Below are positions 1 to 8,652 of a stretch of 64,000 bases of DNA, piece by piece. The DNA lies in the NCBI RefSeq assembly GCF_016904885.1, contig NZ_JADWYI010000001.1, positions 7,177,224-7,241,223 of the forward strand, read 5' to 3'. Origin of the DNA: [Archangium] primigenium. Its GTDB lineage: Bacteria > Myxococcota > Myxococcia > Myxococcales > Myxococcaceae. A model generated the notes under the pieces. That model was not told the origin of the DNA. It did not search any database and saw nothing but the letters and a program-made list of their open reading frames with translations. The first letter of the stretch is position 1. Each line of letters opens with the position of its first letter. The translations under genes were made by a program, and so were the position numbers.

Positions 1-204
1 GGCCATCTGCCCGGCGGTGAAGGGCCGCGGACCGGAAGTCGCGGGCGGATTGACGATGAAGGACGGGCCACCGAACACCGAGAAATAGAGACCACGCTCG
101 ATTTCCTGGTAGTTGTCGGCGGGCCTGTCACCGGCGGCCTGCGCATGAGCCAGCGCGGGAACGGCCAGGGCGGCGCAAATGACGGCGGGGCGGAGGGCTT
201 TCAT
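1..204 (-). CDS. gltH: Partial gene (N-terminal 68 codons only; continues beyond window start) for a secreted outer-membrane beta-barrel-like protein; positional equivalent of GltH/AgmV
   Basis: Reverse-strand ATG at 204 gives MKALRPAVICAALAVPALAHAQAAGDRPADNYQEIERGLYFSVFGGPSF..., a Sec signal peptide with an AHA cleavage site followed by beta-strand-like alternation. It sits immediately downstream of gltG on the same strand, as in the M. xanthus agmU operon. Absent from the ORF track because it is truncated by the window edge. Confidence 0.5.
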   Translation of the reverse strand, partial: MKALRPAVICAALAVPALAHAQAAGDRPADNYQEIERGLYFSVFGGPSFIVNPPATSGPRPFTAGQMA

Positions 205-313
205 TCGGGGGCCGAAGTTAGCCCATGGGCCTCCAGACGCCAGCGCCAAAAGCAAGTGGGCGGCTCCGGATGAACGGAACCGCCCACCTGGATGTTTCCA
301 GCGCGAGGGAGGA

Positions 314-2242
314 CTACTCGCCCGCGGCCTTGAAGATGAACGGGTAGGTCACGGCCACCGAGCCGCCGCCCTTGGGCTTGGGGAACGACCAGGTGCGCAC
401 GCGGCCGGCCACGCACTGCTCCAGCTCCGAGTTGCCCGCCGTGGACTGGGCCACCGACGAGGTCACCACGTTGCCCTCACTGGCGATGGTGAAGCGGATG
501 GCCACCTTGCCGCCCAGCTTCGGGAAGCGGTTGAGCAGGCTCTCGTAGCAGAAGCGGATCTGCCCGCGGTTGCGCTGGATGACCTGGCGGATGAGCTCCT
601 TGTCGAGCGAGCCGCTCACCGTGGCCTCCTCGGACGCGATGCCCACTTCCACGCTCTGCTTGGTGCCGCCCAGGCTGCCCATGCCGCTGCCGTAGCCGCT
701 CACGCCACCCGCGCGGCCCTTGGTGCCCACGCTGCCGATGCCGACGACGTCACCACCGCCGCCACCACCGCCACCGCCCCGCAGGCCCATGCCCACCAGG
801 CCGTTGCTCACGCCGCCCGTCTTGGCGCCGAACATGTTGCCCATGGCGCCCTTGAGGTCACCGCCGATGCCACCGCCGGCGAACAGGCTCGCGGCGCCCC
901 CCTTGCCGCCGAAGATCTTGGCCGCCATGTTCTTCGCCTCGGCCTTCTTGTCCGCCTTGGTGGCGTTGGCGGGCGTGGGCTTGACGACTTCCTTCTTGGC
1001 CTGCTGGGTGTCTTCCTTCTTGGCCTTGGCCTTCTCCGCCTGCTTCTCGGCCTTCTGCTGGTTGAGCTTCTCGAGGAACTTGTTCTTCTGCGTGTCGGGC
1101 GGCTTGACGATGAGCTTGGCCAGGCGCGCGTTGTTGCCCGCCAGCTCGTCGGTGAACTGCTCGCCCGCCGCGGCCAGGTTGCTCGCGCTGATGACGAACA
1201 TGGACGCGAGGAAGAAGAGCACCAGGAAGATGTTGATGACGGAGAAGTCCACCGACTCGCCCATGGGGGCCAGGGCCTTCTTCGGCACGGACTCGAGGCA
1301 GGCCTCGAGCGTCACGCCGCCCAGGTCCACCGACAGCAGGTCCTCGTCCTTGAGCGTGAGCGCGTAGGCCTCGCCCTCGTGGCTGGCCTTGCCCGACTCG
1401 ATGATCTCCTTGAGGTCGTGCGTCTCGCCCTTGCGCACGAGCTCGCCCTTCATCTTCGCGCTGAAGAGCACCGTGAAGGACTGGCCGTCCGTGCGCACCA
1501 CCTCGAAGCGCTCTCCGCCCAGCTTGGAGTCGCCCATGATGAAGTCGACGCCCTTGGCGCTGCCCACGGAGAAGGTGCGCTTCTGGCCCGGGGCGAGGAA
1601 GAAGTCGCCCACGCGCTGGTCACCCCACAGGAAGTGCACGCCCAGGCCCGTCGGGCCGCTGCCCTTGCGCGGCACGCGGCGCACCCGGGGCCCGGCCGCC
1701 TCGACGGGCGCCTCCACCACGGCGGCCGGCTTGACGGCGGCCTTGGGGGCCACGACGGCGGCCACGGGCGCGGCGGCCACGGGCGCCGGCTGGATCACCA
1801 CCGGCGCGGGCGTGGCGGCCTTGGCCGGAGAGATGGCCGCCTGGGCGAGGCTCGCGGCCACCGCGGGCGCGGGCGTCGCGGCGGGCGACGGCGTGGGCGA
1901 GGTGCTCGCCGCGGCCACGGACAGGTTCGCCGCGGCGATGGCCGTGGTGTCCTCCAGGCGGATGACGGTGCCACCCACCTTGATCTCGTCGCCGAACGAC
2001 AGCTGTCCCTTGTTGACGCGCTTGCCGTTGACGTAGGTGCCCTCGACGCTGCCCATGTCGATGATGGACAGGCTGCCGTCGGAGGCCACCTCGATGACGG
2101 AGTGGATGCGGCTGACCTTGTCGTCCTCCAGGCACAGGTGCGCCGAGGCGAGACGGCCGATCTTGATGATGTCGCGCTCGAAGTCCTTGGAGGTGACGAG
2201 CGTGTCACCCTTGAAGACCTTGAGTGTCAAAGGCACGGGCAT
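314..2242 (-). CDS. gltG: Gliding motility protein GltG/PglI-like: N-terminal FHA domain, TM segment, long Pro/Ala/Gly-rich linker, C-terminal TonB-C-like domain
   Basis: 642 aa. FHA signature (IGRLASAHLCLEDDKVSRIHSVIE...GSVEGTYVNGKRV), a hydrophobic TM segment (INIFLVLFFLASMFVI), a Lys/Glu-rich then Gly-rich linker, and a C-terminal TonB-C-like fold (RIRFCYESLL...VAIRFTIASEGNV). Position between gltH and gltF matches the M. xanthus G1 cluster. Confidence 0.8.
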   Translation of the reverse strand: MPVPLTLKVFKGDTLVTSKDFERDIIKIGRLASAHLCLEDDKVSRIHSVIEVASDGSLSIIDMGSVEGTYVNGKRVNKGQLSFGDEIKVGGTVIRLEDTTAIAAANLSVAAASTSPTPSPAATPAPAVAASLAQAAISPAKAATPAPVVIQPAPVAAAPVAAVVAPKAAVKPAAVVEAPVEAAGPRVRRVPRKGSGPTGLGVHFLWGDQRVGDFFLAPGQKRTFSVGSAKGVDFIMGDSKLGGERFEVVRTDGQSFTVLFSAKMKGELVRKGETHDLKEIIESGKASHEGEAYALTLKDEDLLSVDLGGVTLEACLESVPKKALAPMGESVDFSVINIFLVLFFLASMFVISASNLAAAGEQFTDELAGNNARLAKLIVKPPDTQKNKFLEKLNQQKAEKQAEKAKAKKEDTQQAKKEVVKPTPANATKADKKAEAKNMAAKIFGGKGGAASLFAGGGIGGDLKGAMGNMFGAKTGGVSNGLVGMGLRGGGGGGGGGDVVGIGSVGTKGRAGGVSGYGSGMGSLGGTKQSVEVGIASEEATVSGSLDKELIRQVIQRNRGQIRFCYESLLNRFPKLGGKVAIRFTIASEGNVVTSSVAQSTAGNSELEQCVAGRVRTWSFPKPKGGGSVAVTYPFIFKAAGE

Positions 2243-2315
2243 TTCAGTTCCCCAAATTGGAAGATGACGGAGGCTTGGACAACGTGGACGGCGATGGGTT
2301 CCCGGCGAGTGGAAT

Positions 2316-2630
2316 TCAGAGCTCGCCCACGGACTGCATCACCTTGTCCTCGAAGTCCTCGCGGATGCGGATGAGGTTGGAGTGGTCGACCTTCTTGCGC
2401 GCCTCGACGTACTCGCCGTCCGGCTTGGTGAGGTCGCCCTCGATGGTGTCGTCCTCGAAGTCGATGGTCTGGGGACCACCCTTGGCGGCCTTGCCACCCC
2501 CGCCGGACGAGCCGCCCGACGTGCCCCCACCCTCCTGGGCCAGGGCCGGCATCACGGTCAACATTCCACACAACATCAGGAGCTTGCGCATCTGGATCTC
2601 CGGGCGGCCCGCCTCAGGGGCGGGCCGCAT
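2316..2630 (-). CDS. gltF: Small secreted protein (104 aa), GltF-like by position
   Basis: Signal peptide MRKLLMLCGMLTVMPALAQE, a Gly/Ser-rich segment, then an acidic C-terminus. Sits between gltG and the TPR lipoprotein exactly where gltF sits in M. xanthus. The frame was chosen over overlapping shadow ORFs because of the signal peptide. Confidence 0.6.
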   Translation of the reverse strand: MRPAPEAGRPEIQMRKLLMLCGMLTVMPALAQEGGGTSGGSSGGGGKAAKGGPQTIDFEDDTIEGDLTKPDGEYVEARKKVDHSNLIRIREDFEDKVMQSVGEL

Positions 2631-2690
2631 ACAGCATCAAGGTTCGCATCAATTCCCCCCTCGCCGCCACAGGCACCGCGCGAGCGACGA

Positions 2691-4112
2691 CTAGAAGATA
2701 TCGTCGGGCTCGTTCGGATCCGCCGCGGGCGGATTTGTCTTCTGCGGGGCATTCGCCGGGGCCGGCGTGGGAGCGGGAGCGGGCGTGGCCGCGGGCTTCA
2801 CGCCCGCCGCCGGCTGGGTGGGGGCCGGGGCATCGGTGCCCGCGGCGTTGGTGACCACCCCCTGCTTGGCCTCCTCGGCCTTCATGAGCTCCTGCTGCTG
2901 CTTCTGCAGCTCCTCGAGCTTCTTGGCCTGCTCCTCCTGGAGCACGGCGTCGCGCTGGGCCTGGAGCACGGACTCCGCCTCGCGCTGCAGGGCGAAGATC
3001 GGGTGCTCGGCGGACAGCGCCACCTCGCCACCGGAGAGCGCCACGTACTTGCGGTAGAGCTCCACGGCGCGCTCGGGCACGCCCTTGTTGCGGTGCAGCA
3101 GCACGGCGCGGTTGAAGTAGACGGCGGCCAGGTTCGGGTCGAGCTTCTCCGCCTCGTCGTACTCCTGCATGGCCTTGTCGTACTGGCCCTGGCCCTTGAG
3201 GGCCACGCCCAGGTCGAGGTGGGCCGCGGCGTTCTTGCTGTTGGCCTGGAGGATGCGGCGCAGGTGCTCCTCGGCGCCGGCGTAGTTCTCCACCTCCAGG
3301 GCGAGCTGGGCGAGCGCCACGTGCGAGGGCACGTAGTCGGCGCGCACCTCCACCGCGCGCTTGAACTCCAGGCGCGCGTCGTCCTTCTTGTCCTCCTGCA
3401 AGAGGATGAGGCCGATGGTGTGGTGCAGCTCGGGATCGTTCTGGTCGATCTTCAGCGCGCGCAGGGCCACGAGCTTGGCCATGGCCAGCTGACGGCGCTC
3501 CACGTAGCTGCGCATCATCACCTTGTAGGCGGTGACGGACTGGGGCTCGCGCATGAGCGCCGCGCGGGCGAACTCCATCGCCTTGTCGTGGTCGCCCGTC
3601 TGCCGGTAGATCTCCGCGAGCCGCGCGCGGCTGTTGGCGTCATCCGGGTAGAGCTTCAGGATGCCCTGGTAGAGCGACACGGCGCCGGCCACGTCGCCGG
3701 CGTTCTGCGCCATGACCGCCAGGTTTTCCGACGCCTGACGCAGGGACGGCTTGGTCTTGAGCGCCGCCTGGTAGTGGGCGATGGCCTCCGAGGCCTTGCC
3801 CTGCCGCTCGGCGAGCACGCCCAGGTTGTACTCGGCCTCGGCCAGACCCGCGTCCGCGCTCAGGGCGGCCTTGAACTTGCGCTCGAGCGACGGGTAGTCG
3901 ACGGCGCCCGCCTTCTTCTGGGCCTCGTACGCGCCCAGCGCGTCCTCGAAGAGGAGCTTGGCGCGGTTGGAGATGGACTGCGGCTCGTTGGACTTGAGCG
4001 ACTTGGTGGTGTCCTCGGGCTTGGTGGCGGCCTGGGTGCCGGCACAACCCGTGGTGAGCAGCGCCGCGCAGGCGGCCAGGAGGAGGGGGCGCATCATGGG
4101 GGAGCGATTCAT
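2691..4112 (-). CDS. gltE: TPR-repeat lipoprotein, GltE/AglT-like
   Basis: 473 aa. Lipoprotein signal (MMRPLLLAACAALLTTGCAG) and multiple TPR repeats. The start codon overlaps the gltD stop by 1 nt (4112). The C-terminus has a coiled-coil plus Pro/Ala-rich tail. Confidence 0.8.
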   Translation of the reverse strand: MNRSPMMRPLLLAACAALLTTGCAGTQAATKPEDTTKSLKSNEPQSISNRAKLLFEDALGAYEAQKKAGAVDYPSLERKFKAALSADAGLAEAEYNLGVLAERQGKASEAIAHYQAALKTKPSLRQASENLAVMAQNAGDVAGAVSLYQGILKLYPDDANSRARLAEIYRQTGDHDKAMEFARAALMREPQSVTAYKVMMRSYVERRQLAMAKLVALRALKIDQNDPELHHTIGLILLQEDKKDDARLEFKRAVEVRADYVPSHVALAQLALEVENYAGAEEHLRRILQANSKNAAAHLDLGVALKGQGQYDKAMQEYDEAEKLDPNLAAVYFNRAVLLHRNKGVPERAVELYRKYVALSGGEVALSAEHPIFALQREAESVLQAQRDAVLQEEQAKKLEELQKQQQELMKAEEAKQGVVTNAAGTDAPAPTQPAAGVKPAATPAPAPTPAPANAPQKTNPPAADPNEPDDIF

Positions 4113-7100
4113 TAGAGGAAGTCCTCGGGTTCCTGCTCGTCCGTGCCGGCCTTGGTCTTGGGCGTGCCCTCCTTGGTGGGCGCGGCCGGGCCGTTGATCT
4201 GGGTCGCCGTCTGCTGCTGCAGGCGCTTGGCGAGGTCAGACACGTCCTCGACCGCCTCCTGCTTCTGGTTCTGTTCCGTGGCGTTCGCCTCGACCACCGG
4301 CGGCGGCACGTCCTGGATGGCGGCGAGCATGTCCCCACCGATGGCCAGGTCGAGGCCCTTGGTGAGCGGCGCCTTCTCCTCCACCATGGTCGGGAACTGC
4401 TCGGGCCGGTAGGTGGTGCGCAGGAGCTTGAGGCTCTCCTTGAAGCAGTCGTTGTACACGCCGAGCTCGTGGCTCTTGGCCACTGCGGTGGCCAGCGTGT
4501 TGGCGGCCGTCTCCTTGATGGGCAGGGCCTGGTTGCCGAACTCCTCGCGCAGCGCGCCCTCCGTCTCCTCGTCGATGCCCGGGGGCATGGGGACGTTGAT
4601 CATCCGGTCGGCGAAGTTGTCGTAGATGAGGCCGATGCGGTGCAGGGCGCAGATGCCCGAGTCGGCGGCGCCGAGCGACACCGTCTGCACGTACTTCTTC
4701 TCCACGACCTCGCGCGAGGCGTTCTTCTCCGCGATGGAGGCCTTGAGCTTGTCGGGGCTGGCCGGCCGACCCCAGGACAGCTTGAGCCGGGAGTAGTGCT
4801 GGAAGTCCGGCTCCACGCTGCGGTACTGCGCGCGCGCCACCGGGGCCAGCGCCGACTTGTCCAGGCCCTGCTGCAGGCGCTTGGGCAGCTTCTCGTAGTA
4901 GTCGAGGATGCGGGCGTAGAGGCGGTTGGTGTCGCCCTGACGCTTCATCTTGTTCTCGTAGATGTCGACGATGCGGCCCTCGGCCATGAGCATCTTGCTC
5001 GGGCTGCGCATGTTCTGCCGCTCGTACTCCTCCAAGAGGTTGAGCGCCTTGGTGTAGTTGCCCGTGGCCACGTGCAGGTCCACGATGGACAGGGAGATGT
5101 CCTCGGCGTCCTTGGCCTTGGGCCAGAGCGTCAGGTAGCGCTCGCGCAGCGCCAGCGCCGCCTTGTAGTCGCCCAGGCCCTCGCGGTAGGTGGCCGCGTT
5201 GAACAGCGCCACCTGCGCCTTGGACTCCTCCCACTTCTGGGGAGCGCCCGGCTTGTCCGACACCACCGCGCCCTTGCCCTTCTTGGCCGCGGCGCGCGCC
5301 ACGGGGGCGCCGCTCTTGCTCGCCTCGTAGCCGCGCACGTACTGCTCGTACACGTCCCCGGACTCGCGGAAGTCACCGATGGCCTCGAGCGCCTCGGCGT
5401 TGTTGTAGATGCACTCGGGCACGAAGCGCGAGGTGGGGTAGCGCTCGATGATGCCCTGGCGCACCTGGATGGCCTTATCCAGCATCTTGGCCTTGTAGTA
5501 GTCCACCGACGCGTTGAAGAGCGCCACGTCGGCGATCTCCGTCTGCGGGAAGTCCGCCACGAAGGACAGGTAGGCATCGGCCGCCTTGGCGAACTGGTTC
5601 TTGGCCTCCAGCTGGCTCACGAGCTTGAACGCCGACTGCTCGATGACCTTGGAGAGCTCCTCGCGGAACTTGGGCGTGGCGAGCTTCTCCGTGTTGTAGA
5701 AGCGCCGGGCCCACTCGTTCACCTTCGACCAGTCCTCGAGCAGGTTGTACGAGTCGAGCACCAGGTTGGCGGCCACCTCGCCCGCGCGCTCGCCGGTCTC
5801 GAACTTGTAGTCGGGCGAGGTGAGCGCGATCTCGCTGAAGCGGCCCACCGCCTCGTCGAAGTGGTTGTGGCGGTAGTAGATGTTGGCCGCCTTGAAGGCG
5901 ATCTCCACCCGCTTGTCACCCTTGGGCACGTACTTGAGGTAGCGCTCGCACGCCTCCAGGAGGTCCTTCTTGCCCGGGGGGATGGTGCCCTTCTTGCGGA
6001 TGTCCTTGCTGACGTCGTCCTTGTAGAGGCCCTTGCTCTCGCCGTCCTTGACCATCTCGTCATAGGCGAGGATGGCGTTGTAGGCGGCGTTGTTGAGCCA
6101 CTTGCCGGGCTTGCCGGGCGTGGGGTTGCCCTGCTCGTCCTTGGCCTCCAGCAGCTTCACGTCCTGCAGGGTGACGAGGGTGTAGTTGGCCGCGGCCTTG
6201 TCGTACTTCTGCAGGTTGTCGTTGAGCAGTTCCGCCCAGAAGAAGCGCAGGTCGTACGCCTTGGGGCTGTCCGGGAAGAGCGTGAGGTAGTCCGAGTAGA
6301 TCATGTCGGCGTAGCCGAACGTGGCCTCCTCGCGCGTCTTCTTCGCCTCGTTGTGCCAGGTGACCGCGAGGTTGGACAGGGTGCGCTCGGCCAGATCCTT
6401 GGCCTCCGCGAGCGCCTTCTGATCCTTCTCCTCCTTGATCATCCCGGAGCCTTCGACCTCCTTCATGATCTTCACGAGCCGGCGCACCTGGGTGACGGTG
6501 CGGTCCTTGTTGCCCATGCGGAGCACGATGTCGACGATGCGGCCCTGGAAGCCCGGCGCCTCGGGCGACAGGGGCTTCTCCTTGATGAGGGCGTTGTAGG
6601 TGATGGCCGCCTCGCGGTCCTTGCCGTCCGCGTAGTAGAGGTTGGCCAGGCTCTTCATCATCGCGAAGCGGTCGTCCGGGTTGGTGGCGACCTTGGAGAA
6701 GTCCTCGCGCGCGAGCATCACGTCACCCTCGCGGGCATAGGCGCGCACGTAGTCCTGGCGCGCCTCGCGCACCAGCGAGTTGCCCTTCTTGTTCACCGGG
6801 GCGTTGGGATCCTTGGCCACGGCCTGCGAGCCCGCGAGCTCGCCGAAGAGCACCACCGCCTTCCACTTGTCCTTGGCGGACGTGTAGTCGGTGAGGTTGA
6901 AGTGGCACCAGGCCTGCTTGTAGAGCGCGAACGCGTACACCTGGCTGTCGGTGAACTCGGCGGCCTTCTTGTAGGACGCGAGCGCCTTCTCCAGCTCCGC
7001 GGGCCGGCCCTTGGAGTTGTTGAAGTAGTACTCGCCGAAGGCGAAGTGGGTGTCCGGGACGTACTTGGACTTGGGGTGCTTGTCGATGAGGCGCTTGAGG

Positions 7101-7693
7101 ACCACCAGCGCCTTGCGGTCCTGGCCGTCCTCCATGAGGCTGGTGCCCAGGAAGAAGAGGACCTCGTCCGAGCGCTCGAAGTCCGGGTAGTCCTTGACGA
7201 TCTTCGTGTACTGATCCTGCGCGAGCTTGCCGTACTGCTTGGAGCGCTGGAGCAGCTCCGCCTTGGCCGCCTTGGCGCGCGTCTGGCCCGCGGCGTCCCC
7301 GGCGTTCATCGCGACGATGAGATCGTCATCCTTCCGGTTGGCGTCGAAGAAGTAGTACTTCGACTCCTCCATGTAGAGCTCGCCCAGGCGGAAGAGCAGC
7401 GCGGGCTGCTCCCTGGGGTCCGCCGACAGGGAGATGATCTTCTTGAGCGACTCGATCTGCTCGCGGCGCTTGGAGGCCACCTGCCCTTCCACGCCCAGTC
7501 GGAACTGGTCGTATTGAAGCGCGGGCGCGTTGTCCTGCTTCTCCTTCTTGCGGCTGATGTCACCCGCCAGCGACTTGTCCACGATGGCCGTGGAGCTCTT
7601 CTTGACGAGCTTGGCGTCGCGCGGGGTTTTCTTTTCCTGGGCCTCGACCGAGGACGCCAGGAGCAGGAGACTGAGCAGAAGCTTACGGCGCAT
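4112..7693 (-). CDS. gltD: Large TPR-repeat periplasmic gliding motility protein, GltD/AgmU-like (1193 aa from the signal-peptide Met)
   Basis: The track ORF 4112..7978 has an improbable N-terminal extension. The internal Met at 7693 begins MRRKLLLSLLLLASSVEAQEKK (signal peptide). TPR repeats run throughout. Size matches the 1218-aa AgmU. It is the first gene of the minus-strand gltD-E-F-G-H series. Confidence 0.85.
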   Translation of the reverse strand: MRRKLLLSLLLLASSVEAQEKKTPRDAKLVKKSSTAIVDKSLAGDISRKKEKQDNAPALQYDQFRLGVEGQVASKRREQIESLKKIISLSADPREQPALLFRLGELYMEESKYYFFDANRKDDDLIVAMNAGDAAGQTRAKAAKAELLQRSKQYGKLAQDQYTKIVKDYPDFERSDEVLFFLGTSLMEDGQDRKALVVLKRLIDKHPKSKYVPDTHFAFGEYYFNNSKGRPAELEKALASYKKAAEFTDSQVYAFALYKQAWCHFNLTDYTSAKDKWKAVVLFGELAGSQAVAKDPNAPVNKKGNSLVREARQDYVRAYAREGDVMLAREDFSKVATNPDDRFAMMKSLANLYYADGKDREAAITYNALIKEKPLSPEAPGFQGRIVDIVLRMGNKDRTVTQVRRLVKIMKEVEGSGMIKEEKDQKALAEAKDLAERTLSNLAVTWHNEAKKTREEATFGYADMIYSDYLTLFPDSPKAYDLRFFWAELLNDNLQKYDKAAANYTLVTLQDVKLLEAKDEQGNPTPGKPGKWLNNAAYNAILAYDEMVKDGESKGLYKDDVSKDIRKKGTIPPGKKDLLEACERYLKYVPKGDKRVEIAFKAANIYYRHNHFDEAVGRFSEIALTSPDYKFETGERAGEVAANLVLDSYNLLEDWSKVNEWARRFYNTEKLATPKFREELSKVIEQSAFKLVSQLEAKNQFAKAADAYLSFVADFPQTEIADVALFNASVDYYKAKMLDKAIQVRQGIIERYPTSRFVPECIYNNAEALEAIGDFRESGDVYEQYVRGYEASKSGAPVARAAAKKGKGAVVSDKPGAPQKWEESKAQVALFNAATYREGLGDYKAALALRERYLTLWPKAKDAEDISLSIVDLHVATGNYTKALNLLEEYERQNMRSPSKMLMAEGRIVDIYENKMKRQGDTNRLYARILDYYEKLPKRLQQGLDKSALAPVARAQYRSVEPDFQHYSRLKLSWGRPASPDKLKASIAEKNASREVVEKKYVQTVSLGAADSGICALHRIGLIYDNFADRMINVPMPPGIDEETEGALREEFGNQALPIKETAANTLATAVAKSHELGVYNDCFKESLKLLRTTYRPEQFPTMVEEKAPLTKGLDLAIGGDMLAAIQDVPPPVVEANATEQNQKQEAVEDVSDLAKRLQQQTATQINGPAAPTKEGTPKTKAGTDEQEPEDFL

Positions 7694-7976
7694 GGATTTC
7701 CTCTGCGGGGGGGTTCCCGGAGGTCTGCCTTGCCTGCTTGGCAAGTGTCCGGGACTCTTCGGGAATTTCCGTCTACGAAGCCCGGCACTATGCGCGGTGC
7801 GCCAGAGCGGGTCAACAGCCCCCGAAGGGCACGACGGCTCGCCTGGTTCCCTTGGAGAAAGATTCCAGAAGCACTGTGCGGAACAGGACGTGGCCTTGCC
7901 ATGTCGGACCGCCCTGGTAAGGGGGAAGCAGGCCATCCGGCCGGCCGTCCGCCTCCCCAGGAAGAAGCACGACCCC

Positions 7977-8621
7977 ATGAGTCTGTTGCCCGAGAGCGCC
8001 AGCTTCGAAGAGCTGGTGCATGACTACTTCCTGGCCCTGCGCGGAAGCGGCCTGATGCTGTCCGCGCTGGACACGGAACTGGTGACGGCCTGGGCCGCGG
8101 CGGGGGTGCCCTTCGAAGTGGTGGCGCGGGGGATCAGCCGCTCGGCGGAGAAGGCGCTGTGGGACGCGCGGCCGGGCGAGCCCGTGCTGCGCAGCCTGCG
8201 CGCCTGCCGCCGACAGGTGGAGGCGGAGATCAAACGCTACCGCGAGCGCGCGGCCGGCGCGGGAGAAGGCGCCCGGCGCCCCGCCCGGCGCACCTTCGAG
8301 GAGCTGCGGCACGCGCAGTGGACGGCCGCCCTGGCCCAGCTCGCCGAGGCCGAGCCCGCGCTGGCGCCCCGCCTCCAGGGACTGCGTGCCCTGCTGGCGC
8401 GCGAGGTGCCCCAGGACTTCGAGCACATGCGGGCGCAGGAGACGCTGGTGAGCCTGGTGCTGCTGCGTGCCCTGCCCTTCCCGGAGCGGCGCGCCCTGTG
8501 GCGGACGGCGAGCGGAGCCGACTCGGACGCGGGGTTCATGTCCGCGCACGCGCGGCGGCTCTCGCGCCGCTTCCGGTTGCTCATGGCGGTGCGGCGGCGG
8601 TTGGGCCTCGGGGACACCTGA
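7977..8621 (+). CDS. Hypothetical protein (214 aa)
   Basis: An internal ATG at 7977 (MSLLPESASFEEL...) is chosen over the track start at 7530, which would run antisense through gltD. High GC3. Divergent from gltD. No recognisable motifs. Confidence 0.55.
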   Translation: MSLLPESASFEELVHDYFLALRGSGLMLSALDTELVTAWAAAGVPFEVVARGISRSAEKALWDARPGEPVLRSLRACRRQVEAEIKRYRERAAGAGEGARRPARRTFEELRHAQWTAALAQLAEAEPALAPRLQGLRALLAREVPQDFEHMRAQETLVSLVLLRALPFPERRALWRTASGADSDAGFMSAHARRLSRRFRLLMAVRRRLGLGDT

Positions 8622-8652
8622 GGGGGGCTGACGCGCGTCGGGCGGCTCTGCT

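Noticed and set aside
179-2374. 731-aa plus-strand ORF antisense to gltG (and similar long ORFs 2382..4115, 4469..8023, 9492..12227, 12249..13538, 15048..16604, 16643..17698, 17878..19308, 18501..20402, 20867..24139, 24000..27149, 32216..34243, 33900..35201, 35422..37089, 37219..38985, 38937..40703, 46268..47728, 53586..55316, 58050..59318, 59195..60457, 60603..61931, 62341..63462)
   Set aside because: These are high-GC shadow ORFs. Their products are Arg/Gly/Ala/Pro-rich low-complexity strings with no motifs. The opposite strand in each case encodes a protein with clear signatures such as FHA/TonB-C, TPR, aspartokinase, SMC or RHS.
7738-7920. 60-aa ORF in the gltD upstream intergenic region
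   Set aside because: GC3 is much lower than core genes, with many A/T-ending codons, and there is no SD. It is more likely a non-coding promoter region.
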